A DNA stretch of 63,668 nt, the filler included, from Octopus bimaculoides (Eukaryota), in NCBI RefSeq assembly GCF_001194135.2. It is 6 parts of 6 records of this genome, joined end to end, with 100 filler letters (N's around TTAATTAATTAA, not from the genome) between each part and the next. Parts side by side here need not be neighbours in the genome. Positions count along the whole stretch, not along the records: positions 26,611 to 32,693 come from NC_069003.1; positions 32,794 to 39,805 come from NC_068995.1; 4 more parts are not named here. One strand, given 5' to 3'. Below the pieces are notes generated by a model, which had not been told where the DNA came from, searched no databases, and saw only the letters and a list, made by a program, of their open reading frames with translations. How positions within the stretch are numbered: the stretch's first letter is position 1; each line of letters opens with the position of its first letter. Position numbers and translations under genes: made by a program. Of the stretch, positions 27,921-38,452 are shown piece after piece.

Positions 27921-27984
27921 ACTTTTTCACTTTCCCGAGCGTGAAACAAATATTCCTTCTTGTTGTTCATAAACCTGTCTATAC

Positions 27985-28017
<33 letters not shown>

Positions 28018-28606
28018 TGTATGTATGTGTAGGAGAATCTTTTCCTGCCGTTTTAATTGCTAGGTCCTGAAAGGTATAAGGCAGATATGAGTTGCAACCA
28101 TTAGCAATTTCTATTGAATTGCTAGATTAAAATAAACATCATTTTAATACGGAGCAGAGAGGACGTAACTACTCTGGAACATAAGAAAAGAATCTGGGCT
28201 CTAGGATATTTTATGGAGCACGAAATGACGAAAAAGCAGAGCTGGACTCCGCTGCATTTGAATTTAGAATGTTAAGAGCTGCGAGAATATAGTTAGAAAA
28301 TAAATAACAACCTACACCACTAAACACAGTTACTACTTCATGTCCCAAAAACTATGAAGTGAAAAATTGTCAGGAGAAAAAAATATCATAACCAACAACA
28401 GCAATAACTGCAGCAGCAGCTGCAGAAATAGAAGCAATAAGGAATCCAACTGCATCATTGCACCATCATGGAATCTAATAATCGCGTGTGTAAGTGTATA
28501 TGCGTACGCGCTCAAACACATACATATATACTCTTACACGCACACATCCATACACACACATGCACAAACATATGCGAACTCGTACACTGTCATACATACA
28601 TATACA

Positions 28607-28643
<37 letters not shown>

Positions 28644-28645
28644 AT

Positions 28646-28681
<36 letters not shown>

Positions 28682-28729
28682 GCTTGTGTAAGTGTGTATG
28701 TAAACGTACATCTCTTTCTCTCTCTCTAC

Positions 28730-28787
<58 letters not shown>

Positions 28788-29001
28788 NNNNNNNNNNNNN
28801 NNNNNNNNNNNNNNNNNNNNNNNNNNNNNNNNNNNNNNNNNNNNNNNNNNNNNNNNNNNNNNNNNNNNNNNNNNATATATATATATATATATATACATAT
28901 GTATGTATGTGTGTATTTGTTGGTAAGTACGCATAGATAGATAGATATACAGAAAAACAAACAGACAGACAGACAGACAGGCAGACAGGCAGACAGATAG
29001 A

Positions 29002-29007
29002 TTTATT
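29002..29007 (-). terminator. Candidate polyadenylation signal of the TRIM gene
   Basis: TTTATT on + (AATAAA on -), about 290 nt downstream of the stop codon. Confidence 0.4.
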
Positions 29008-29297
29008 TACAATACATATACGTGAGTATATATTTGTAAGTGCCGCTGAATGTGTTTTTGTGTGTGGCGCGCGCATTCGAGCAACAAATCAACCGTACTT
29101 ATTGTGGATGTCTGAAAGATTAAGCCTTGTCTCATCGTGTTTTGTTGGTTTATATTGCATTCTGTCAATCTCACAATGCTTCTCACTGATCTCTATCTCC
29201 TTGCGTTTCCAGATTTGCGTTAGTCTTTGTATCACTGCGTCATGAAAGCCACCACATCATCCAATACACATTGGCCTATCATAGCATTCACTGACAG

Positions 29298-32270
29298 TTA
29301 CGTTTCTACCGTTTCTTTCTTACGTAACACTTTCACGATTCCGGAATCAGATTCAGATAAATACAGCGTCATTCCGTCTGGAGATATGTCGAGACCACGT
29401 GGTAGCGTGAGGCCGTCGCTGGCGTCGTACATAACCTTATCAAACAAACCGTTTCCGTTAAGTCTGTAGATCTTGTTGGCTTCGCTGTCAGCAAGATAGA
29501 TAAAACCGTTGTCATCCACGCAAACTCCGCTCGGCTTCATTAGGGAGTGCTCCACACTGCCTGTGTACAAGAACTTTACATCTCCTTCTATATTACAACA
29601 GATTAAAGCTGAGCGTTTACAGTCGGATATCAAAAAATTGCCATCTACAGCGACCTTTGCTAAATAACGAGGCTCGATCAGTCGCCCGTATTCTTCTCTC
29701 AGAGTTGAAAGAGTCTGAAGAATTTCTCCATTTAAGCTCAGCAAATCAACAGCGTTGTCTCTCGAGCAGATGAGCCGTTTCGAATCCATCTTGGCCACGC
29801 CGATGTATTGGTTTTCTACGACAACTTTGGTGGAGATAGCTAAGAAATTGCTACGTGTGTCTCTCATAAGGAAACATATGCATTTCGACCAAGGCAGTAC
29901 GCAGACGACCATGTGTTCGGATATTGCGCAAATTCCAGTTGGAGATCCTTCCACGGAACAACACGCCAGAAGGTGTCCTTCCTTATTGAATTCTTTAATG
30001 TTCTTGTGGTGAAAATCCGAGACCACAATTCGATCGTCGTTTAGAAATAAAACGTCAAAGAGTAAAATCGGTTTGTTGACCTCTGACACTTCATTGACCG
30101 ACCCCAGAAAAGCATATGCCAGAGGACTTGAACCGGAAGGAAAAAGTCGTGATCCCACATTTGTCTTGTCTTTATCTGCTCGCGCTGGCACGAGAGCGTT
30201 GGAGTTATCTTTGTCCGCTTCTGACAGGCTTTTACTGTCATTATCAGTGGCTAAGGTTTCAGTTGATGTAGCAGGTTCCAAGGGAGAAGCGTCCCCTATC
30301 TCACCAATCAAAAGCCCATTAGTCGGCATCGTGTCATCAGGAAAGTTCTGAACGAGATCTGCATTGGGGAACTGTTTCAGCCTTTCAAAAAAGGCTGAAA
30401 TTTCATTGTTGTACCTCAGGAATATTCTGGTTACAACGTTACTACTCAGCGGCTCAGTCATTTCTTTAAACTGAAGCGTTTTATTGATATCGTGGAAGAT
30501 AGTTATCATCTGGTCATCGTGGGCCTCATCCAGAGCAACATCCATACATAGAAACGATTGATTCAATATCTCAATTTGCATCTCTGTTTGTTGGATTTCG
30601 CTTCGTAATTTTTCCTCCTCAACTGAAACCATCTGACCGACTTCCAAATGAAGTTTCACCAAAGCCTCGGTTTGTAGTTTCATTACAATGTCGTTAATAG
30701 TCGAATCAACATCACGAATTAGAGAAGATTTCTTTGATTTAAGACTGTTCAATCGCTTCTGTAGTTCCTGAATCACCGATAATTTGTTGTCTTTTCTCGA
30801 TGCAATCGTCCTTAGAATCCCCTCTCCTTCTCGCCGTTTCTCGTTTGCAATATCAGACAGTAACATTGGTTGCTGTCCATCGCTTGCGTGCTTCTCTCTG
30901 TAATGCTGGGAACTGCACTGCAGACACAACGGGATCCGACAACTGCTGCAGTAAACCGAAAAATAATCTAAATGCTTCTCACAGATAGATGATATACCCA
31001 GAAGTTTTTGATGCTTGTTTTTCGAAATATCGAATATATTGTGTGATCTAAACGGATCAAAACCTTTATGAAGGTCTGTACACATGTGACAGTATCCTTG
31101 CCCACATTGTATGCACCAGGTTATTGCAATCTTTATATTATTCCGTTTGAAGCAAGACGTACATTTCTGCTCTTCACGGCTTCGTCGGTCGGCTTTGAGT
31201 AGATACTCCACAAAATCGTTTATTGGGAATTTATTCATAATTATTTCTTTGATGGCACTGTTCTGAATAATTGGTTCCGTCACTGGAATTTCTACATTCA
31301 GTTTAATTTCTATTTTGCATTTTGGACACCAAATCCTAGTTGCCACACACAAAAGATCGTTGTCCGTATAATCGGGTTTCACAGCAAACGCCATAAAGTT
31401 TTCTCTGTCATACATCGAGAGAGCTAAACTGTCGTGTACACTTCCGCTATCACCGACAAGGGACTCGGCTTTACTAGTTGACCTCAGTGATCTTTCTGAC
31501 TTCATTGATCGCTCAGACTTCACTGACCTTTCTGATCTAACAGATCTTACTGATTCACGACGACTCTCACTTCTTGCTCCAGTGGGGGTCTTGGGGGTCT
31601 CCACGTCATTGGCTATATTCTCTTTGCTGGCTCCTTCTTCGGGTTTCTCTTTGTTTACTCCTTCTTCGTCACTATCTTCGAATGGGTTATAATTCTTATT
31701 CGCAGATTGCCCATCGTCTTCATTATTAACCACTTTCTCTTTGTTTTCTTCCTCATTCTTATTGTTTTCATTATTTTCTTTCTCATCATCTTTCTTTTTC
31801 TCTGCTTTCTTAGCGAGATTCTTCGCTGCCCTTCGACTTGAAAATAAAAATGCGAACCGGCTGCGCACTGGAGGTTTCTCCGGGGCCTCTTCTTTCTCAG
31901 ACGGTTTATCTGCATGAGGTATATCCGCAGCCGGTTCATCAGTCTCTACCGCTTCGTCTTCGGTGGTATTGACTCTACTCGCCGATGACTTCCTTGATAT
32001 TATCGCTGTTGAACAGGTACTGTCAATACTGCTTCGCTTGCTCAACGTTGCCGTTGATGCGACGCTCACTTTTTCCAGATCCATTTCTCTCCGCGCCAAC
32101 AAGGCATCTTTCTGTCGGACGATAGACTCGATAGCCCGCACCAAAATCCGATGAGTCAAACATCGTTCACAAAACGTATGCAAACACGGGAATCGCCGTG
32201 GCGGCGTGGTGAATCTATTTTCGCATAGATTGCAAGTTAATATGTTTTTGTAGGACATTTTGATCCTCAT
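29298..32270 (-). CDS. TRIM-NHL-type E3 ubiquitin ligase (split RING, B-box1, B-box2, coiled coil, NHL-like beta-propeller), 990 aa, single coding exon
   Basis: Uninterrupted 2973-nt ORF. RING ligands are C13,C16,C29,H31,C34,C37 and C315,C318. B-box1 spans aa 370-410 (CTSC..CIQC..CHMC..H..H) and B-box2 aa 430-461 (CEKH..CSSC..CLQC..H..H). A heptad-rich region covers ~aa 470-600. NHL-like repeats run from ~aa 734 (IVVSD; PSGVCVDDNGFIYLADSEANKI; PRGLDISPDG). Confidence 0.95.
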   Translation of the reverse strand: MRIKMSYKNILTCNLCENRFTTPPRRFPCLHTFCERCLTHRILVRAIESIVRQKDALLARREMDLEKVSVASTATLSKRSSIDSTCSTAIISRKSSASRVNTTEDEAVETDEPAADIPHADKPSEKEEAPEKPPVRSRFAFLFSSRRAAKNLAKKAEKKKDDEKENNENNKNEEENKEKVVNNEDDGQSANKNYNPFEDSDEEGVNKEKPEEGASKENIANDVETPKTPTGARSESRRESVRSVRSERSVKSERSMKSERSLRSTSKAESLVGDSGSVHDSLALSMYDRENFMAFAVKPDYTDNDLLCVATRIWCPKCKIEIKLNVEIPVTEPIIQNSAIKEIIMNKFPINDFVEYLLKADRRSREEQKCTSCFKRNNIKIAITWCIQCGQGYCHMCTDLHKGFDPFRSHNIFDISKNKHQKLLGISSICEKHLDYFSVYCSSCRIPLCLQCSSQHYREKHASDGQQPMLLSDIANEKRREGEGILRTIASRKDNKLSVIQELQKRLNSLKSKKSSLIRDVDSTINDIVMKLQTEALVKLHLEVGQMVSVEEEKLRSEIQQTEMQIEILNQSFLCMDVALDEAHDDQMITIFHDINKTLQFKEMTEPLSSNVVTRIFLRYNNEISAFFERLKQFPNADLVQNFPDDTMPTNGLLIGEIGDASPLEPATSTETLATDNDSKSLSEADKDNSNALVPARADKDKTNVGSRLFPSGSSPLAYAFLGSVNEVSEVNKPILLFDVLFLNDDRIVVSDFHHKNIKEFNKEGHLLACCSVEGSPTGICAISEHMVVCVLPWSKCICFLMRDTRSNFLAISTKVVVENQYIGVAKMDSKRLICSRDNAVDLLSLNGEILQTLSTLREEYGRLIEPRYLAKVAVDGNFLISDCKRSALICCNIEGDVKFLYTGSVEHSLMKPSGVCVDDNGFIYLADSEANKIYRLNGNGLFDKVMYDASDGLTLPRGLDISPDGMTLYLSESDSGIVKVLRKKETVET

Positions 32271-32493
32271 AGAAGTTTCAGAGATGGAATATTTCGAATA
32301 AATGTGAAATTATACACTTACATCTAGGCACAGATAGAATTAAGCAGACATAGTTATTTGTATAGAGAATGATCTCACTGAAAATTGTATGAAGATTATG
32401 TAGCCTAATCTGCATCAAGCAAATGAGTCAGGACCAAATGAGTCAGTTGTCACCGATATAAAGTCTTCCAGGGACCCACATCACGAATGTGAC

Positions 32494-32510
32494 CTGGAAA
32501 AGAAATATTA
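32494..32510 (-). promoter_or_regulatory. Candidate splice acceptor opening the TRIM coding exon (5' UTR intron)
   Basis: Minus strand TAATATTTCTTTTCCAG|GTCAC. The exon would begin at 32493, 223 nt before the ATG. Confidence 0.55.
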
Positions 32511-32693
32511 GAATATAAGTAGATAAACAAATAGATATACATATTTAGTTATACATGAAATATATATATACATTGTGGCAAGTACAAAACCAGCCTTGTG
32601 CAGGTAATTAGATATATACAAACATATATACATACATACAAATATACATACATACGTACATACAAATATACATACATATATATATGTATATAT

Positions 32694-32793
32694 NNNNNNN
32701 NNNNNNNNNNNNNNNNNNNNNNNNNNNNNNNNNNNNNTTAATTAATTAANNNNNNNNNNNNNNNNNNNNNNNNNNNNNNNNNNNNNNNNNNNN
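32694..32793. other. Scaffolding spacer
   Basis: 44 N + TTAATTAATTAA (32738-32749) + 44 N. Confidence 0.97.
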
Positions 32794-33061
32794 ATATATG
32801 CCTACTATATATATATGTATGTATGTATGTGTGTATATATGTGTATGTATTTATATGTATATATATATATATGAATACATATGATATACATACACACACA
32901 TATGTACATACATATATATGTGTGTGTATGTGTGTATGCATGTGTGTGCATATATAAATTTGTGTACACATATATATATCTATAGGTATATTTGCATAAG
33001 TATACTCCAGTACACACACACACATACACACACATACACACACGTACATACATACATACAT

Positions 33062-33106
<45 letters not shown>

Positions 33107-33778
33107 CACGTATACATGTATACAACTATATACACACATCTATTAACACGTTTGTGTTCATGAAGATAAAATGATCTACAAATCTAAAGAGAAGTATCGA
33201 TGAGTTTAAATGCAGAGTAGTTTTTATTTTGTTAATTTATTTACTTAGTTCAAATTTGAAATTCATAAATTTTATTTTGGTTGCCGGAAAAAAAAAAAAA
33301 GACTCTATAAGAACAAACGATGAAGGCTAATAGTATTCATTACGCATGGGAATGATGGAAAAGAAAAAGATGGCGGAACGCAGAGTAAGAGTGAAAAGTC
33401 GGTAGAGTTTAACATAAAACCGTTATGCATATCGTGTGTGTAAGGTGCAAAGTAGCTGAGGGTTATAGTTTAATTTTTATATATATTATTTTTATATAGA
33501 GACCTGGTTAGTTCGGCATACAATGGGAGGTGAATTATTGGGTTAATTTGGTACAAAGTTTCGAAAAATGAACTCTGTTATTTATTCAAAACAAGAGGTT
33601 AAGAAATCGTTTAGGACACAGTTATAATAAAACTACTACTACTACTACTACTACTACTACCCATTGGCTGCACGCAATCTCCAGAGTTTTACTTTTTTTT
33701 TCTGAATTTTTCGAATTGTAAATGTAATTTATGGATACACTGTCTGTCTGTCTGTCTGTCTGTCTGACTGCCTATCTG

Positions 33779-33830
<52 letters not shown>

Positions 33831-34048
33831 ATTTCTTTATTGCCTACAAGGGGCTAAACATTGAGTGGACAAACAAGAACAAAGAGATTAAGTCGATTAC
33901 ATCGACCCCAGTGCGTAACTGGTACTTAATTTATCGACCCCAAAAGGATGAAAGGCAAAGTCGACCTCGGAGGAATTTGAACTCAGAACGTAACAGTAGA
34001 CGAAATACCGCTAAGCCTGGCGTGTTAACGTTTCTACCAACTCGCCAC

Positions 34049-34049
<1 letters not shown>
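33831..34049 (-). mobile_element. tRNA SINE (GGCGAGCTGG head, CCCCTTGT-type tail)
   Basis: Reverse-complement homologue of 36191-36422, flanked by (TATC)n on both sides. Confidence 0.88.
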
Positions 34050-34092
<43 letters not shown>

Positions 34093-34749
34093 AAATACAT
34101 AATCATTAATGGTATCTATATAGAGAATCGATATATAAACATGAAAATATATATATCTACAGTAATAGATCAAGTGATAACTCTAATACGTTATTTTATG
34201 CGTAAATCATGGTGAAACAAACTTGCTTGTATATATAAAATCGGTTAAAACAATAATTGAGAGCAGCATATTTACAAAGACAAAAAAAAGTATAAGCTTC
34301 ACTTATTGTTCAGACTTTGTGCTCAACAGCTGTTTCAGTGCCATAGAACATCATTATTTACATAATAACATTATTAGAATAATTAATTTAAAAGTGACGC
34401 ATATTCCATATCGTCAGGAGAAACGTTTTACCGATAGAAAGTTGAAATTATGCTGTTTCTCAGAGAAATATTATGAATAAATATAGTTTATTTCTTGGGA
34501 ATTAATATGCAGGTGGGTCTGCAATCAGTAATGAATTAGAGCTGCCACCAAAGAGGCTTAGCATCTGACTCAGTGAGTGTGCAACTATGCAGGTTGTAAA
34601 GATCGTAATAATACACGAATAGTTCTTCCAGATGACGTTGTCGGGCGACAGAGATAAACATAATATGAGACTGAAGCGGGGAAATAAAAGGGGTGATGAA
34701 GGTATAAGTTAAAGCATTATACAGAAAAAAAGTAATATTTTTTTATTTT

Positions 34750-35025
34750 TTTATTTGCTTCAGTCAGTAGATTGCGGCTATGCTGGGGCACTGCCATGAA
34801 GAATTTTAGTCGAACGAATCAACTCCTGTACTTAACTTTTTAAAAATCTGATGCTTATTCTATCGATTTGTTTTGCCGAGCTGCTACGTTATGGGGACGT
34901 AAGCATACCAACACCGGTTGTCAAGCGGAGGGCAGGGCAAAAGACAGACACGAAGACACCTTCATCACATAATATGTGATAGGCTCCTTTCAGTTTCTGT
35001 CTACCAAATCTAGTCACAAGGCTCC
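34750..35025 (-). mobile_element. 5'-truncated CORE-like SINE
   Basis: Matches the internal and 3' portions of the 60881 copy in reverse. Confidence 0.75.
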
Positions 35026-35570
35026 GTTGTTTCCTTTTTAAAACGGAAGGATGTGATTTGAGGGTGATTTAGCTGCTATTTCTACCAAGTCGAGTGACAG
35101 CGTAGGGATATCCCCATTGGCTTATTGTAGACTATAGTAGTTTGTATCATTACCAGACAGAAAGCAGGTAATGCGTGGTATGGTGACATATCCAACTCCA
35201 TTCAGTGGTAACCGTTTCAGTACAGTGTGAGAGACGAGTTTAAATAAGAAAGAAAGAGAGAGAGAGAGGGGAAGGGAGAGATAGGGAGAGAGAGGGAGGA
35301 AAGAATTGAGAGAGAAAAAGGGAGTGATCTTAACGCGAGTATATGTGGGTAATTATATATTTTTGGATTGGTTGGTTTCTGTGTTAATGATGGTAATTTG
35401 AGTCAGTGTGTATACAACACACGTATATATATGTATTTATGTATATACATATATATATGTGTGTGTGTGTATACATATGTATATATATATATATATGTAC
35501 ATATATATATGCGTATATATATATGTATGCATACATATATAAGTATATATACATGCATATACATATGTGC

Positions 35571-35627
<57 letters not shown>

Positions 35628-36190
35628 TGTGTGTGAATATATTAGAAAGTCCGGTAGTGAGAGAAATAAGAATGTAAATATATTACGTCTATGTTTTTGA
35701 TGAGCGGAAAGAAGGAGGAATCAACTGACAGACCGTTTCACTATTTGTGAACTGCTCTTCAGAGACAACATACTCGGTTACTTGATTTTCTTCCTTAGTC
35801 AGTTGCACTGTATATTGATTGGGGAAGAAAACCGGATAATCTTCTCTGAAGAGTGGTCAATAAATCGAGAAACAGTCCGTCGTAAGACTGCTCTTTTTTT
35901 TTTTGCACATCAAACGGATAGAGGAAATGTGTTACATTCTTGTCTATCACGGCCAGACTTTTTCATATCCAAATTTATCCAAGTCCTTTTGACTTACGCT
36001 GCGTTGTATATTATTCTTTGTACGTTTTGTCAAACACCGAGGAGGTGTTTTAATGAAATATATAATGTCTCAGCAAGCATTTATGCAATTCTGGTAGTTA
36101 ATTTACCGAAACGCATGCATTTTTAATTATGGATAAAAAATATTTTTGTATTTTATTGACGATATATAGACACATACATATATGCATGTA

Positions 36191-36422
36191 AGGCGGCGAG
36201 CTGGCGGAAACGTTAGCACGCCGGGCGAAATGCTTAGTGGTATTTCGTCTGCCGCTACGTTCTGAGTTCAAATTCCGCCGAGGTCAACTTTGCCTTTCAT
36301 CCTTTCGGGGTCGATTAAATGAGTACCAATTAGGCACTGGGGTCGATATAATCGACATAATCCGTTTGTCTGTCCTTGTTTGTCCCCTCTATGTTTAGCC
36401 CCTTGTGGGCAGTAAGGAAATA
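36191..36422 (+). mobile_element. Well-preserved tRNA SINE
   Basis: AAGGCGGCGAGCTGGCGGAAACGTTAGC (box A region), GAGTTCAAATTCC (box B), central CCTTTCATCCTTTCGGGGTCGAT block. CpGs are retained. Confidence 0.92.
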
Positions 36423-37019
36423 ACATACATGTAAGCATGTATTTCTTTCTATCATCCTCTCTCTCTCTTTCCCTACGAATAATATCGAGTTAAACTGTTG
36501 TTTGTATCTCAGGTCGATTCCACTCGGACGCACCTTCAGTCAAATGTGGTGTAGGCGTGACTATTCGGTCTTAAGCTAATCTGAGAGTGATAAATTAGCA
36601 GAAACGATGAACAGCAGATTAAATGTCCTAAAGTTTTGAAGCTTATCATGTTCGGTCGGAGTTCAAATCTTACTGAGGTCGATTTTACCTTTTCTCTTTT
36701 CAGGACCCGATAAAATCATTCAAATCAGCAATATACTACGATTCCATTCAATCCACCATTCCTCATCTCCAGTAGAAAAAAAAGAGAAGAAAAATAGGCA
36801 CGGTGCATCGTGAGAAAAAAGTTTAATTAAATAACTTTAGGAAAGTAATTTGAAAGCGTATCCATTCAAAAACTGAGAGTGAAGTATTTCTTTAGCGATA
36901 TCTATCTGTATTTAGAGAGCTGTAGTTAGATGGATTCGTAAAATCGATGTAACAATGGATAAAATGCCTTCCGGCAATCTGTTATATCCCTTCATGTTTC
37001 GGAAAACAACCCACAAACG

Positions 37020-37250
37020 ATCTTGCGTATCGCATTGTCTTCTGAGGATCTAGTTGGGGTGACTACTCGTGTTGGTCAGCCACACGCCTCATAGTCATGG
37101 TGGATGGGGAAGTATCTTGAGAAGTGGGGGACTGACCGGGACACTGTTTAGAGGGATGCCCAGGACGATTCGATCAAATACTGACAAATGATGGATGCAG
37201 CAACGCGCTACAACGGCGCATGTCCACATATTTTCACCTCACCTGACCTT
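37020..37250 (+). mobile_element. RTE LINE 3' terminus
   Basis: Decayed RIALSSEDLVGVTTRVGQPHAS...MDAATRYNGACP followed by CACCTCACCTGACCT, resembling RTE ORF ends with an (ACCTG)n tail. Confidence 0.6.
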
Positions 37251-38068
37251 CATGTTTTGATTTTAAATACTACCGAGGACGACTTTTACCTTTTTGTACT
37301 TCTCGTGGAGTAAAAACGAGTTTGATAAAATAAGATACCACCGAAATACTGGAGTCGATATAATTGGCTGTTCTTCAAATTTGAAGTCTTGAACCAATGT
37401 AAAATAAAATCGATATTTAGCAATATTTAACGATAAGCAAAGAGACTTTATTATAGTAGTTATTTATAGACGTCTCGATTGTCATTCTTGTGAGTATTCC
37501 AGCGTATCAAAGCTATGGATTACAGTTTAGTTATCTTAAAGTAGACAATTTCTCTTCTTGGACTCAATTTAAATATTACAGTCGATTAATCATAAATCCT
37601 AAGGCAGACATTATTTTACGAAGGGAGAAACCAATTATGTCTTGCGAATTAAACTCGCTTTTCGCTAATGTATTCAACGATTGAAATCCACTCAGAGATT
37701 CTTTATGCCAGACTGTGAATTTGTATCTATTGTCACCATGGAGACATCAGAAAGAACGAAAAGTAGTTAATGTAACAATGGTGTTCCACTTTATTTTTAT
37801 ATCTGTTTCAATTCGTTTTCCAACGGACATCTTACTCACAACCTGTTATTGTAATTAATTATTTAACTGCTGATTGCAGGAGTCATAGATGGATGAGTTA
37901 AGCGAGCTGCCGAGACGATCGAACTCATCGAGTACCGGAGTGTCGATCGATGTGACGTCAGTTCGTATCTCGTCACCGATGGTGAATTATATTACATTGA
38001 TAACGTAATTTTCGCAGCTTCGAATTACCTAGCAAAGACTAGGTCTATGTGTAGTAGATATAGCGCAC

Positions 38069-38109
<41 letters not shown>

Positions 38110-38412
38110 CTCTCTCTCTCTCTCTCTCTCTCTGTGTCTCTCTCTCTCTGTCTCTCTCTTTGCGTATATATATATATATATATATATATTATTTTGTTTA
38201 AAAGAGTTCCGACACTGTCTGTTTTTTATGTTTTATTTATATTCCTGCAGAACCAATGTGGGATATAGAATATGGAATATACAATATACAATATAATATA
38301 CAATATATAATATAAAATAAAATAAAAACGGATGGCACCAAGAAATAAAGTATTGAATGTAGATGAAATATTGAGTGTTCAATATAAAGGATCAAATATA
38401 TAAATATATAAA

Positions 38413-38452
38413 GGCGACTCGAGTTTCAGGGTTATTTCCCTTCGTCATGACC
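38413..38452 (-). ncRNA. Minimal type I hammerhead motif with 1-nt core insertion
   Basis: Minus strand GGT-C[A]TGACGA-AGGG AAATAA CCCT-GAAA-C TCGA GTC-GCC, with a palindromic helix III loop and GUC triplet. Confidence 0.65.

Noticed and set aside
36191-36290. tRNA gene
   Set aside because: Box A/B are present but there is no cloverleaf, and it continues into a SINE body found many times in the window.
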